Part shown: piece after piece, positions 14,896 through 23,686 of the stretch
How positions within the stretch are numbered: position 1 is the stretch's first letter
Layout of the letters: each line of letters opens with the position of its first letter
IMG/VR virus record: IMGVR_UViG_3300020042_003938
Coordinates: 1-32,414 of that record
Direction: 5' to 3' (one strand)
Source of the DNA: a virus
Lineage: Duplodnaviria; Caudoviricetes
Length of the DNA stretch: 32,414 nucleotides
Notes under the pieces: model-generated
The model's database searches: none
What the model was told of the DNA's origin: nothing
The model's input: the letters and a program-made list of their open reading frames with translations, nothing else
Translations under genes and position numbers: made by a program

Positions 14896-15258
14896 CTAAA
14901 CCGTAATCTGATTCACATAACCATGAAGACAAATAACATTCGCAGTCCCAGCAAACGCCTTAACCACAAGCGCAGTCGCATTACCCTTCAACAACAACCC
15001 TGGAATAACTGTAACCAAACCAGCCTCAGGCAACACAGTCACCTCGATATTGCCATCAGGTGCAGTAGCCTCGCCCCACTCAATCGTCAATTTGACTGAC
15101 GATGCTGAACTGTTTACCGCATAAATCCAAACCTCATCAAGCGTCGTAGCCGTAGCCGAACCAGTATGAATAGTTGTACCAGCAGTAGCAGTAGCAGCAA
15201 CCTTGACGGCTTTACCGTCTGTGCTACCTGAAAGAATCTTCTTAGTGAATGTTGCCAT
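14896..15258 (-). CDS. Virion structural protein (tail-associated)
   Basis: 120 aa, AGGAG RBS, within the tail cluster. Confidence 0.75.
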   Translation of the reverse strand: MATFTKKILSGSTDGKAVKVAATATAGTTIHTGSATATTLDEVWIYAVNSSASSVKLTIEWGEATAPDGNIEVTVLPEAGLVTVIPGLLLKGNATALVVKAFAGTANVICLHGYVNQITV

Positions 15259-15270
15259 GTTTCTCCTATA

Positions 15271-15777
15271 TTAAGCGAATACTTGCGAACCTAAAACCAA
15301 CTGGTCACTATCACCAGCAACACTTGCAGGTAAAGCAGCCCAAGCAGCATCAGTACCGTTAGAAGTTAGCACATACGTTGAAGCACCAATAGCGATACGA
15401 CCAACCGTAGGACCAGCACCCATTGTCAACAAATCGCCACGAGTAGTCATCGTCGACGCAAAAGTGTTCGCCTCATCAGCATCACTCGCTGTAAAGACAG
15501 GGTAACAAGTAGCGCCAGCAGAATGCGAAGCAGCAGTAGTGCCGTCTACACCACGGGTCATAACCGAAAGTGATGAACCTGTTCGTGTACCAACCAAAAC
15601 TTTTTCTTCAGTAACCAAACCTGGGTCAATCACCATGAAGAACGGACCAGTCGCAGTACTATTCCAAGCCGTAACAGTACCCGTCAAAAGTGCTGTGGTG
15701 TCACCAGCCGTAATCGAGTTCGTGAGCGTACACGCTGGAGCCGCACCCGCATAAGACCGTCTAGTTACTGCTGCCAT
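15271..15777 (-). CDS. Tail protein
   Basis: EKVLV..R....L...RG.DGT.A..H..GA; TTRGDLL..RIAIG...VLTSNGT. Confidence 0.75.
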   Translation of the reverse strand: MAAVTRRSYAGAAPACTLTNSITAGDTTALLTGTVTAWNSTATGPFFMVIDPGLVTEEKVLVGTRTGSSLSVMTRGVDGTTAASHSAGATCYPVFTASDADEANTFASTMTTRGDLLTMGAGPTVGRIAIGASTYVLTSNGTDAAWAALPASVAGDSDQLVLGSQVFA

Positions 15778-15785
15778 CTATACTC

Positions 15786-17639
15786 CTAATCTTGAACCGA
15801 ACGCATTGTAACAGTACAAGTTCCTTCCAAATCCCAGTCTTGCTGGTATCCGTCTATCACCTGAAATTCTAAATCTTCAACTACCACAGAATACGTTTCC
15901 ATGTTCTCTTGATAGTTTACCACTATCGGGTCTGTTACCAAATCCCGTAATGCTTGTAGTTCTGATTCTACATCAAAATAGTATTCGGTGTCATGTACCC
16001 TCAAATGGTGGTGCATGAAGATTGGGACACGAAAAACTTGGCTTCGGGCTGGGGATGCGTAAGCCCTAGCCATCCAACGGGTGAGGGTAGGTGCTGTGGT
16101 TGCTGACCCTCTGGCTAATACCAGTTTGAATTTGGCTTCAATAAATTTGGCTTGCGGACCTGTCGATACTGCTTCTGTTGACAACGCTTTTTCGTGAGGT
16201 GTCATCGAGGTGTATTCGCCTGAGTCTGACGAAATGTATGGGGTAACTGTGCCAAATAGTGGGGTGGTTCGGATATCAAATTTGGCTACAAACTTGCGGT
16301 CTGGGATACCCCAACGGTAGATGCCTGTAACGATTTCTCCTTCGGTTACAAGGTTCGCTGTGTCTTCAACATAGACACCTGCGCCTGATACTGCGAACAC
16401 CCGTTTGTTATCGTACGTGGCACACGATAGGACATTGGCGGTCGATGTGTGCATCAAATCTGTTGCGTGCGCTGGGGTGTTTGTTGCGATGAATGTTGAT
16501 AAATCTAATTTTCCTAAACCTGTGGATGTGCTGTCGTATTGTGACCATGTGAACCAAACAAATTTGTCTTCGGCTGTGAACGATGCAACTTCGCCTGTCG
16601 TTGGGATTAGTGCGCCAGCGGTGAGGTTCCCTGCGCTGTCCGCTGTCGAGTATCGGACACCTTTGTTTGTTCCGACGATGATTGCACCCAAATATCCGTA
16701 TATACATTTAGGTATTTCACCTGTTGGTAGTTCTAATGCGACAACTGGTTGGTCTAGAACACCTGCCGAGGTGATAGTGATTTTGTAGATTGCCCCACGG
16801 TCGCCCGAATATCCTGCGGCGTAGATGGCGCTTTGACCTGAAGCAAAACTTATCCAATTCCATGTTGATATCGGATGAGCGTAATCGTTGGCTGCGACGT
16901 TACCTGTCGGGTCATAAAATAGTTTTGTTGCGTAAGATGAACCGTTGCCTGACACCATGAGGTGTCCTTTGACAAAATCAACATAATAGAATTCTTGCCC
17001 GTAAGCAACGTTTGATGCGGTGTGGGATGCGTTAACTTTCCAAAGTCCAAAACTGTTTGTTAAACCAGCGTATGTGAGATATACGTTTGTGCCGTCTGAT
17101 GCGATGTCTCTGGCGGTGAGTGCAGGTAAACCTGTTACCGATGCCCATGTTGGTGACGCTGCGAACGGGTCAGAAGAATAGCGGACAGCGGAACCATCTA
17201 ACATATATAGTTCACCGTTTGCTACAACCACCTGTAGGTTTGTGTTTGCTGACGAACGGGATTGTTTTGTAGCGTTCAACAAAGTTAACTGTCCCTTAGT
17301 CCAAGGGTTCACACCTTTGCTTGACAGGTAACGGTAATCTTGTGCTTCGGCTGTGTCAGCATACTTTTGACCTGCACCGTAATGCCATGACGCTTCACCA
17401 CGCCGCCACAAACCTTGCGGGTTGATGGCTGCTTCGCCTGGGCTTGTTGACTGGTCAACCGAATCACGGACACGTGGTTCAAAACCTCTAGTGAACGTTC
17501 CTGCTTTCAAGTCAATCAGATATGGTCTGCCGTTAATAGCAATCGGGAAAATATCTGGTACTAGTGTTGTTGTTGTTCCGCCCGCAAAAAATCTTGGTGC
17601 TGGATAGAACGCATCGGTGAAACGTAGAAGCGTTGTCAC
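15786..17639 (-). CDS. Tail tubular / stabilization protein (beta-propeller nozzle-like)
   Basis: 617 aa, beta-rich, follows the adaptor-like gene as in podovirus tail A/B order. Confidence 0.6.
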   Translation of the reverse strand: MTTLLRFTDAFYPAPRFFAGGTTTTLVPDIFPIAINGRPYLIDLKAGTFTRGFEPRVRDSVDQSTSPGEAAINPQGLWRRGEASWHYGAGQKYADTAEAQDYRYLSSKGVNPWTKGQLTLLNATKQSRSSANTNLQVVVANGELYMLDGSAVRYSSDPFAASPTWASVTGLPALTARDIASDGTNVYLTYAGLTNSFGLWKVNASHTASNVAYGQEFYYVDFVKGHLMVSGNGSSYATKLFYDPTGNVAANDYAHPISTWNWISFASGQSAIYAAGYSGDRGAIYKITITSAGVLDQPVVALELPTGEIPKCIYGYLGAIIVGTNKGVRYSTADSAGNLTAGALIPTTGEVASFTAEDKFVWFTWSQYDSTSTGLGKLDLSTFIATNTPAHATDLMHTSTANVLSCATYDNKRVFAVSGAGVYVEDTANLVTEGEIVTGIYRWGIPDRKFVAKFDIRTTPLFGTVTPYISSDSGEYTSMTPHEKALSTEAVSTGPQAKFIEAKFKLVLARGSATTAPTLTRWMARAYASPARSQVFRVPIFMHHHLRVHDTEYYFDVESELQALRDLVTDPIVVNYQENMETYSVVVEDLEFQVIDGYQQDWDLEGTCTVTMRSVQD

Positions 17640-17642
17640 CGT

Positions 17643-18530
17643 TTAATCCTTAGATAGGAACGTTGGGTATGCTCTTGCTAGGCGTGCTGCTTCTGCTTGG
17701 ATTCTGTCACGACGCAACCTGATAAGACTTGTTGTGCTGTTAGCAACAGCACCCATTGTTACTTCGTCTGCACGTCGAGTGTCGCCCTGAGATTCTGTGA
17801 AGTTGCGTTTAATTTCTCGTGGTGACATCAACCGTATCTGTGCGCCCAAAGCCACAATGTCTGTTACCGTTTCCTGAACACCGCAAACACTATTGATATC
17901 TGTTGCTTCTGTAGACGATGCCGTATATGCGGCTTTGTAGACGACACGTAAACGCCCTGGGAATACTGCTTGGTCAAAACGTAAGGCAAACCCTGAAGCG
18001 AAGTCGTCGGTTGGTAGGTCACGGATAAGACGGATTTTGCGGGCAATAGGATAATCGTCTGTCATATATCTGACCGACACAGTTAACAAATCTATGATAC
18101 TTGTCACACTTGTTAGGTTTATCATCGGGTCCGAACCGTTGTAATCGATGTTTAGCGACTTCACTTGGAACAGTCCGTGCATCGGCGATGACAAGTCTGA
18201 TAGTTCGTCGTTAATGGATTCAAATACTTGCGCCCGAGGGAACCTTGGATTGACTGTAATTACAGCACCAGAGGTGTGTGCCGCAGCAGTTGTGTTATTA
18301 AATCCTCTTTGTACCGTCAACGTTTTTGTTGGTACATCTGTCGCCCAAATGTACATCAGTTCTGAATCTATTTCTAAAACTTGTCCAGTACGCAAACCTT
18401 CTAGGGGGTAGTCAACTACAACACTCGTACCGTTTGAGGTGAGTGTTGTAGTTAGTTTATTGCGGGCTTCTACCGTTCCTGATAAAAGTTGTCGCAATGT
18501 CCTATCAATGACTACTGCTGTTGTTGTCAT
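17643..18530 (-). CDS. Head-tail adaptor / tail tubular protein A-like
   Basis: 295 aa; inserted IDSELM..LTVQRG...T.AA.H domain; position in the module. Confidence 0.6.
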   Translation of the reverse strand: MTTTAVVIDRTLRQLLSGTVEARNKLTTTLTSNGTSVVVDYPLEGLRTGQVLEIDSELMYIWATDVPTKTLTVQRGFNNTTAAAHTSGAVITVNPRFPRAQVFESINDELSDLSSPMHGLFQVKSLNIDYNGSDPMINLTSVTSIIDLLTVSVRYMTDDYPIARKIRLIRDLPTDDFASGFALRFDQAVFPGRLRVVYKAAYTASSTEATDINSVCGVQETVTDIVALGAQIRLMSPREIKRNFTESQGDTRRADEVTMGAVANSTTSLIRLRRDRIQAEAARLARAYPTFLSKD

Positions 18531-18629
18531 TTACTTCTTTTTCTTAGCCTTCATTTTCATCGGTTTGCCAGTTTTCTTCGCTGCTTTTTTAGCGGTTTTC
18601 ATTCCTGGTTTTTGTCCATACATCATCAT
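18531..18629 (-). CDS. Tiny Lys-rich protein (32 aa)
   Basis: MMMYGQKPGMKTAKKAAKKTGKPMKMKAKKKK*; the longer track ORF overlaps the upstream gene. Confidence 0.6.
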   Translation of the reverse strand: MMMYGQKPGMKTAKKAAKKTGKPMKMKAKKKK

Positions 18630-18633
18630 TTGT

Positions 18634-18927
18634 TTACTTGCCTTTCTTGTTACGTGTGGATATTGCTTTAGCCTTAGAACGTGCATCGGTTTTCGACGAC
18701 GCACCCCAAGCCTGCAATGATAATAGCAGTCTTGTTGGCTTTCCTTTGCTATCTCTTTCAGGTCCTGGCATATTCCCCATGCGTGCAAGGAACGATGCAC
18801 GTCGAGGGTTGTCGCCTGATTTAACTGGCGCTTTCAATGTGCCGCCCTTATATGAAGCGCGACCTTTAGCGTTTAACCCACCTTGCGGGTTTTTACCTTC
18901 TTTGCGTTGCCATGCTGGTGATTTCAT
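18634..18927 (-). CDS. DUF6321-like basic phage protein
   Basis: AWQRKEGKNP.GGLNAKGRAS..LK.P..RRASFLARM..PTRL..SL.AW; start ATG 18927. Confidence 0.75.
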   Translation of the reverse strand: MKSPAWQRKEGKNPQGGLNAKGRASYKGGTLKAPVKSGDNPRRASFLARMGNMPGPERDSKGKPTRLLLSLQAWGASSKTDARSKAKAISTRNKKGK

Positions 18928-19196
18928 TTGATACCTATTCCTGTTTCGACTTGCCATTTGTGTTCTGCTTTTTTTTCTATTTCGGCTGCACCATCAATTT
19001 GTTTTGGTTGCAAACCTTCTTTCCTTAAACGTTTGTAGGCTGGCATATCTTTTTGCCAATTGCGTTCCGTAGTGTTTACTTCAGCAACCCTTGTTCCTCT
19101 GGATGTGGTGCTATTTGTTCCTGTTCTGATTCCTGCGACCTTACAACCGAAACATCCTTCGATATCTAAGTTGGGATGTGTTTCCCTATGTTTCAT
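18924..19196 (-). CDS. Hypothetical protein with H..H..CxxC
   Basis: 90 aa; GCFGCK; ATGA-coupled. Confidence 0.8.
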   Translation of the reverse strand: MKHRETHPNLDIEGCFGCKVAGIRTGTNSTTSRGTRVAEVNTTERNWQKDMPAYKRLRKEGLQPKQIDGAAEIEKKAEHKWQVETGIGIK

Positions 19197-19489
19197 GTAA
19201 TGTAACTCCCGTATCCTGCGGCTGTTAACGCTGTAACTTCTTCTGCTGTGACTTCGTTGTTGTGTCCACCATAATATGTTTTTGTAACAGTTGTCATATC
19301 TGACGGCTGTTTTTCTACATACGAATTATTGGATAGTAGATACACGTTTTTGCCTCGGGGTGATGCCACGATATGTGTACCTAGCCTGTTTGCTAAACGT
19401 TGTTCTTTTGGTAGATATTGTCCGTTCATGTGTTCGCCAACAATTACTGGTACAACTAGGTCTTCTGTGGGTGGGCTGAATGTGGACAT
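19193..19489 (-). CDS. Virion protein, paralogous to the C-terminus of 19489..20451
   Basis: Shares N.Y.L.N..Y, YYGGH and EV..LTAAGYG..IT. Confidence 0.8.
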   Translation of the reverse strand: MSTFSPPTEDLVVPVIVGEHMNGQYLPKEQRLANRLGTHIVASPRGKNVYLLSNNSYVEKQPSDMTTVTKTYYGGHNNEVTAEEVTALTAAGYGSYIT

Positions 19490-20451
19490 TATGTGATGCT
19501 CGCTCCGTATCCTGCTGCTGTTAGTTCTGCTACTTCTGTGTCGTCTAAGAAAATGTCATGTCCACCGTAATACACTTTTGATATAAGTTCTGGTCTGCGT
19601 GGGTCTGTTATCTGATATGTGCTGTTTGTTAGTTTATACAGGTTGTATGCCCTGATTCCTTGAGGTGCGAAAGCAAACAATCTGTCACTGCCTTCAGCAA
19701 ACTTTGGTGCGAAAGAATATGTTGATGTGTTTGGTACACGGAAGATATGTGACTTGACCCATCCGCTATCTGTTTCTGTTCCTGTTCCTGAACCTGTGGC
19801 GGTGCGTCGATTGATTCTTGCGCCAACACTTTCCGATGTTCCTGTTCCTGAACCTGTGGCGGTGCGGATAGATACCAGTAGCCAGTTGGCTGTGCCTGTG
19901 CCGTCACCCTGACCTGTGGCGGTGCGGACATTGACGACTATGTGGACGCTTGTACTTGACCCGACACCTGAACCTGTTGCGGTACGGACTGGTATCAAAA
20001 CACCCGTTGTTGATGATGTCCCTAAGCCTGAACCTGTCGCTGTTCGTGGTGCGATGTGTAACCCTGTGGTGGTTTGTGTACCTGTACCTGAACCTGTAGC
20101 AGTTTTTATTATTGTCAACAAACCTGTAGCAGTCTGAGTGCCTGTACCTGAACCCGTAGCGGTGCGTTGTCTTAAGACAGATGCACTACTTGATGCTGTA
20201 CCTAAACCTGAACCTGTTGCTGTGATGGTGAACACGGCACGCACACCAAGATAGAAACGACCGCCCGTAAGATACGGAAAACTGAAGTCTGTTAGTTGAC
20301 CTAAACGTGTTTGCGATGCGCCATGCACCGCAGAGTCTGTACCTATCCCCGTTCCTGTTGCTGTGCGTTGTACTACCTGAAAATATGTTCCCCGATAAAA
20401 CGGGCGTGTATCAACAAACGGTTCTTTAAAACCTGTAACTGCTGTAGTCAT
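19489..20451 (-). CDS. Repeat-containing virion fibre/decoration protein
   Basis: Nine (R)TATGSGxG repeats. Confidence 0.8.
   Translation of the reverse strand: MTTAVTGFKEPFVDTRPFYRGTYFQVVQRTATGTGIGTDSAVHGASQTRLGQLTDFSFPYLTGGRFYLGVRAVFTITATGSGLGTASSSASVLRQRTATGSGTGTQTATGLLTIIKTATGSGTGTQTTTGLHIAPRTATGSGLGTSSTTGVLIPVRTATGSGVGSSTSVHIVVNVRTATGQGDGTGTANWLLVSIRTATGSGTGTSESVGARINRRTATGSGTGTETDSGWVKSHIFRVPNTSTYSFAPKFAEGSDRLFAFAPQGIRAYNLYKLTNSTYQITDPRRPELISKVYYGGHDIFLDDTEVAELTAAGYGASIT
19778..20226 (-). repeat. Eight in-frame 60-nt tandem repeats (20-aa period)
   Basis: CCTG.ACCTGT.GC core at 19781, 19841 and so on to 20201, exactly 60 nt apart. Confidence 0.9.
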
Positions 20452-20470
20452 AAGGGGTTATCCCCTATGT

Positions 20471-20839
20471 TTAATCTAGGGACAGGGTTAGTGTAGTGAT
20501 TTGAAAAGTGTCACCAGCAGTAACCGCCGCAGACGAAGACAACGCACCAGTCCACAAAGCATTACCCGCAGTTAAATTATCCCACAAAGACCAATGCGTA
20601 AGTGTTTCTGTTGAAGCAACGTTAGTCCATTCAAGAGTTGCAGATGTCGCAATAGAACCAGATGCTGCTGAAGCCCAAGCAGCGGATTTACGTGTTGTTT
20701 CTCCAGCAGCGTTAGATGTCGCCGCTTCACCAGGGTCGCCCGTGTGCAATTTGACATACACAGTTGTCGGCATGGTCCAAGCAGTCTTGCCTGTTGTGTG
20801 CTCCAAGATTTTTAATTCGGCATAATTAGAGATAGACAT
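20471..20839 (-). CDS. Virion structural protein
   Basis: ISNYAE.KIL.H..VYVKLHTGDPG..THW.LWD..TAGN.L..G.L..V..GDTF. Confidence 0.8.
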   Translation of the reverse strand: MSISNYAELKILEHTTGKTAWTMPTTVYVKLHTGDPGEAATSNAAGETTRKSAAWASAASGSIATSATLEWTNVASTETLTHWSLWDNLTAGNALWTGALSSSAAVTAGDTFQITTLTLSLD

Positions 20840-20859
20840 ATAAACCTTTCAACGTGACG

Positions 20860-20868
20860 AGTATAGCA
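20860..20868 (-). promoter_or_regulatory. Candidate extended -10 promoter overlapping the terminator tail
   Basis: TG-C-TATACT, 20 nt upstream of ATG 20839. Confidence 0.45.
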
Positions 20869-20898
20869 AAAGCAAAAGCCCCCTGCCGAAGCAGGGGG
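20868..20898 (-). terminator. Intrinsic terminator after the major capsid gene
   Basis: CCCCCTGC-TTCG-GCAGGGGG (UUCG loop) followed by CTTTTGCTTTT. Confidence 0.9.
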
Positions 20899-20926
20899 TA
20901 GTTGCCTATAAAACTATTGCTAGTTA

Positions 20927-21898
20927 TTAAACTGAGTTTGCACCAATGCTTGATGCTGACTCAATTCGACGAAGCGAAGCCTCGCGGAAGCGACCGTAGC
21001 CACCAAGCCAGTACCAACCGATTGGTTGCAAGCGCATCAAAACGTCGGTCACGTTACCGCGAACGATTTTTGGTACAGCGCCGTTACCGTCTTGGGTGCT
21101 GTACGCCTTAGCAAGAGCCTGACGACCCATGATAAGAGTTGCGTATGAGTCTCCTGTACCAGGAGCACCTGCACCGTTGAACACGTTGGTGAATACTTTG
21201 GCTCGTGCGGTTTCAATGAATCGTACTGATTCAAACAAGCCGATTTCGCCATTGTAGATACCCTCTGGGTTGACATAGTTTGCTGGGGTACGCCATGAGG
21301 CTACGTCAACCGCTGAACGGAAGTCGTACGACACGTCTGGGTGGATGAAGCCAATGTATGAACCATTGAAGGTTGCTACGTTTGCACCACGCAGAGCCGC
21401 TACCTGCTTGCGGATGTCGTTTGCTACCAATAGGTCATCTACAGCCATACCAACACGTGTGGTTGGGACCGATGCGCCACCAGTCGCAAAAGCCACGTTG
21501 GTTCCTGCGGCAATAACGTCACGGACAACTTGGTCGATTGAATCGCCTGCGTTGTATCCGATGATGTTCGCTGCTGCTGAATCAACATCTGTGAATGCTG
21601 TTCCACGGAGTTTTGCTGTTGTAACAACTGCGTTGCCGTATTCAGCCAAGGTAACTGTTACCTGACTGTCTGAAAGCGCTACTGGAGTTACGTCAGTTAC
21701 TTCGTTCAGCGCTGTTGTCGCTGCCGAAATGTCTGCGAAGATGGTGAATGTGACACCAGTTCCAGGCATTGCCTGTTGTACTGGTTGTACGTCTGCTGCC
21801 TGGTCGAACAAGAGTTCTGAACGCAATGCGAAATACGCAAGACGGTCAAATGCTACCTGGTCTACTGACAGAGACGAGAGTTGGGTTTCGCCTGCCAT
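20927..21898 (-). CDS. Major capsid protein (N4-gp56-like)
   Basis: MP...V.F..F..L.E..D..V.L.EYGN..YIGFIHPDV..D..GEIG.FE.VRFIET..D.L.R...GW; followed by a terminator. Confidence 0.9.
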   Translation of the reverse strand: MAGETQLSSLSVDQVAFDRLAYFALRSELLFDQAADVQPVQQAMPGTGVTFTIFADISAATTALNEVTDVTPVALSDSQVTVTLAEYGNAVVTTAKLRGTAFTDVDSAAANIIGYNAGDSIDQVVRDVIAAGTNVAFATGGASVPTTRVGMAVDDLLVANDIRKQVAALRGANVATFNGSYIGFIHPDVSYDFRSAVDVASWRTPANYVNPEGIYNGEIGLFESVRFIETARAKVFTNVFNGAGAPGTGDSYATLIMGRQALAKAYSTQDGNGAVPKIVRGNVTDVLMRLQPIGWYWLGGYGRFREASLRRIESASSIGANSV

Positions 21899-21927
21899 GA
21901 TTATTTATTCCTTTTGTTTTGAGGGGG

Positions 21928-22380
21928 TTATTGTAATTGTGATGCCCGTGCCTCAGACAAAATTTGGTCTACTTCTTGCGGCGACCTTGCTTCGTTTAAC
22001 CTTCGATTCCAGTCAACTGGCGGTTGTGCTGTTTGGCTACCTGCCGCAAGTTTTGCGGTTCGTTGCCAAGCCTGCGTTTCGCTCGGTGTTGGTTGTGAAT
22101 CTGGGGGACTAATCAATTGCGCCTCTACAGCAGCCTGACGAATCGCATCTGGGGTTAGGTCGCCGTCGTATGCTTTAACGAAATATTTTGACATCGGTTG
22201 AAGCGGGTCAATGCCTGCTTTAACAAATGCTAATTCTCGTTTCGCTGACTCGGCTTCCGCTACCTGCTTTCGTAGGTCTGCGGTTTCCTTTTCCAATTGC
22301 TTCATCCTTGCCCTAACTGGGTTTCGGGTTTCGGATTCTTCTATCTGGTCTTCGCTGTCGTAGTTGTCAAACTCTGACAT
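21928..22380 (-). CDS. Capsid scaffolding protein
   Basis: Acidic N-terminus, coiled coil, directly upstream of the MCP; start ATG 22380 after AGGAG. Confidence 0.8.
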   Translation of the reverse strand: MSEFDNYDSEDQIEESETRNPVRARMKQLEKETADLRKQVAEAESAKRELAFVKAGIDPLQPMSKYFVKAYDGDLTPDAIRQAAVEAQLISPPDSQPTPSETQAWQRTAKLAAGSQTAQPPVDWNRRLNEARSPQEVDQILSEARASQLQ

Positions 22381-22487
22381 ATGGCACGCTCCTGTTTCTG
22401 CCCACATCGCAACGGAGGGTTGTGATGGCTGCTGTTGATTTGTCACCCCGAATTGCGCCGCACAGACTGGGGGATTCCTGTGAAGGT
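22381..22487 (-). promoter_or_regulatory. Structured 5' leader of the scaffold-capsid operon
   Basis: CACAG/CTGTG hairpin with C-rich loop; CATCACAAC-CCTCC-GTTGCGATG hairpin with anti-SD loop. Confidence 0.55.
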
Positions 22488-22493
22488 AATGAA

Positions 22494-22522
22494 ACTATAT
22501 ACGGTCTTAAGACCGTTGTCAA
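22494..22522 (-). promoter_or_regulatory. Sigma70/SigA-type promoter with palindromic spacer
   Basis: TTGACA(22522-22517)-17 nt-TATAGT(22499-22494); spacer contains ACGGTCTTAAGACCGT. Confidence 0.85.
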
Positions 22523-23686
22523 CTATTCTCCGACTGTGGTTAGTCCGATGTTGCGGTTGCCTGTTCCGACGAATCCGCCGCCTGCTTCGAATCCTGCTTG
22601 TCGGCGTCGTCGGCGACGGGCAATACGTTGCTGTGCCGCTTGTTCGTTTGTGAAAGTACCTGCCAAGATGTCTTCTTGGGTGATTGTTTCCTCACCTTGT
22701 AGCGGTCTGAATAGCCCTGCTGATTGACCAAGTTGGGTGAAACCTTGTTGTGCCATCTCGGTGGTCACACCTTGCTGGGCAAGGGATTCTGCTTGGGTTG
22801 CTGTTAGTTGCATCCCGCCTTGACCTTTGCCTGCTGCGGCGATACCTGCCGCACGCACTTTGCGTTCGATTTCTTGACCAGAACGTACTGGGTCTAAAAC
22901 GTATGCGGCTAAGTCTGCATCTTGTAAATCTGGGACAAGCATTTTAAGTTGGTTCAATACTTCGGGCGCCGAATTTTTTACAACGTTGTAACCTTGTTGT
23001 ATACGGTTGCTATATTCAACTGCCGATATGTCGTTGGCTATAAATTGGGCGAAGTCGTCTTGGGTGTCATAGAATCCGCGAGGCAAACCAAGGTTTTTAT
23101 TTACGGTGCGATATGACTGTTCTTGGCTAATGTATTCCGCTTCGGATAATAGTGGCAGATTCTTTTTGGCACGGTCAATGTTGCCTTTGAATCTTATTTG
23201 ATATTCGGGTGTTTCGCGGACAGCACCGAAAAGTGCGTCTGTGTTTTTGATTAAAGATGGGTCGTTTATGAGTGCACCCGATAATGAACCGTACAATGAT
23301 TCTAAGCCGTATCGTCGAAGGATTGCTTTGAGTTCGTTGCCTGCCGACCCAGCCAATGTTGTTGTGCCTGGGGGTGTGGCGTATTGTGTGTTGTCTTGGC
23401 TGTCAGTATCTGCGGCGGTTTGTTGTTGCTTATCTTTGCCTTGCTGAATAAGAATATTTAAAGCATTCTGTCTTTGCGCTAATGTTCCTGCACCAACATC
23501 AGTATTATTTACAAGTTGATTGATATAAGATTCATCGCCGTAATAGCCCCGTGCTTCATAAACAAGTTTTGGGTCTAAATCCATTTCTTCTTGGTCAAAT
23601 CCTGAATCAATCGGACCATCTGGTATTGTTGCCAAATCTTCAGGGCTTAAACCTGCCAAACGGGGGTCATCTCGTCTTATTGACAT
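22523..23686 (-). CDS. Putative internal virion (ejection) protein
   Basis: 387 aa, helical, Q/A/G-rich; in the structural operon. Confidence 0.55.
   Translation of the reverse strand: MSIRRDDPRLAGLSPEDLATIPDGPIDSGFDQEEMDLDPKLVYEARGYYGDESYINQLVNNTDVGAGTLAQRQNALNILIQQGKDKQQQTAADTDSQDNTQYATPPGTTTLAGSAGNELKAILRRYGLESLYGSLSGALINDPSLIKNTDALFGAVRETPEYQIRFKGNIDRAKKNLPLLSEAEYISQEQSYRTVNKNLGLPRGFYDTQDDFAQFIANDISAVEYSNRIQQGYNVVKNSAPEVLNQLKMLVPDLQDADLAAYVLDPVRSGQEIERKVRAAGIAAAGKGQGGMQLTATQAESLAQQGVTTEMAQQGFTQLGQSAGLFRPLQGEETITQEDILAGTFTNEQAAQQRIARRRRRRQAGFEAGGGFVGTGNRNIGLTTVGE

Noticed and set aside
19778-20226. CRISPR-like array (about 26-nt repeat plus 34-nt variable part)
   Set aside because: Period is exactly 60 nt, in frame inside a CDS, varies at synonymous positions; no cas genes
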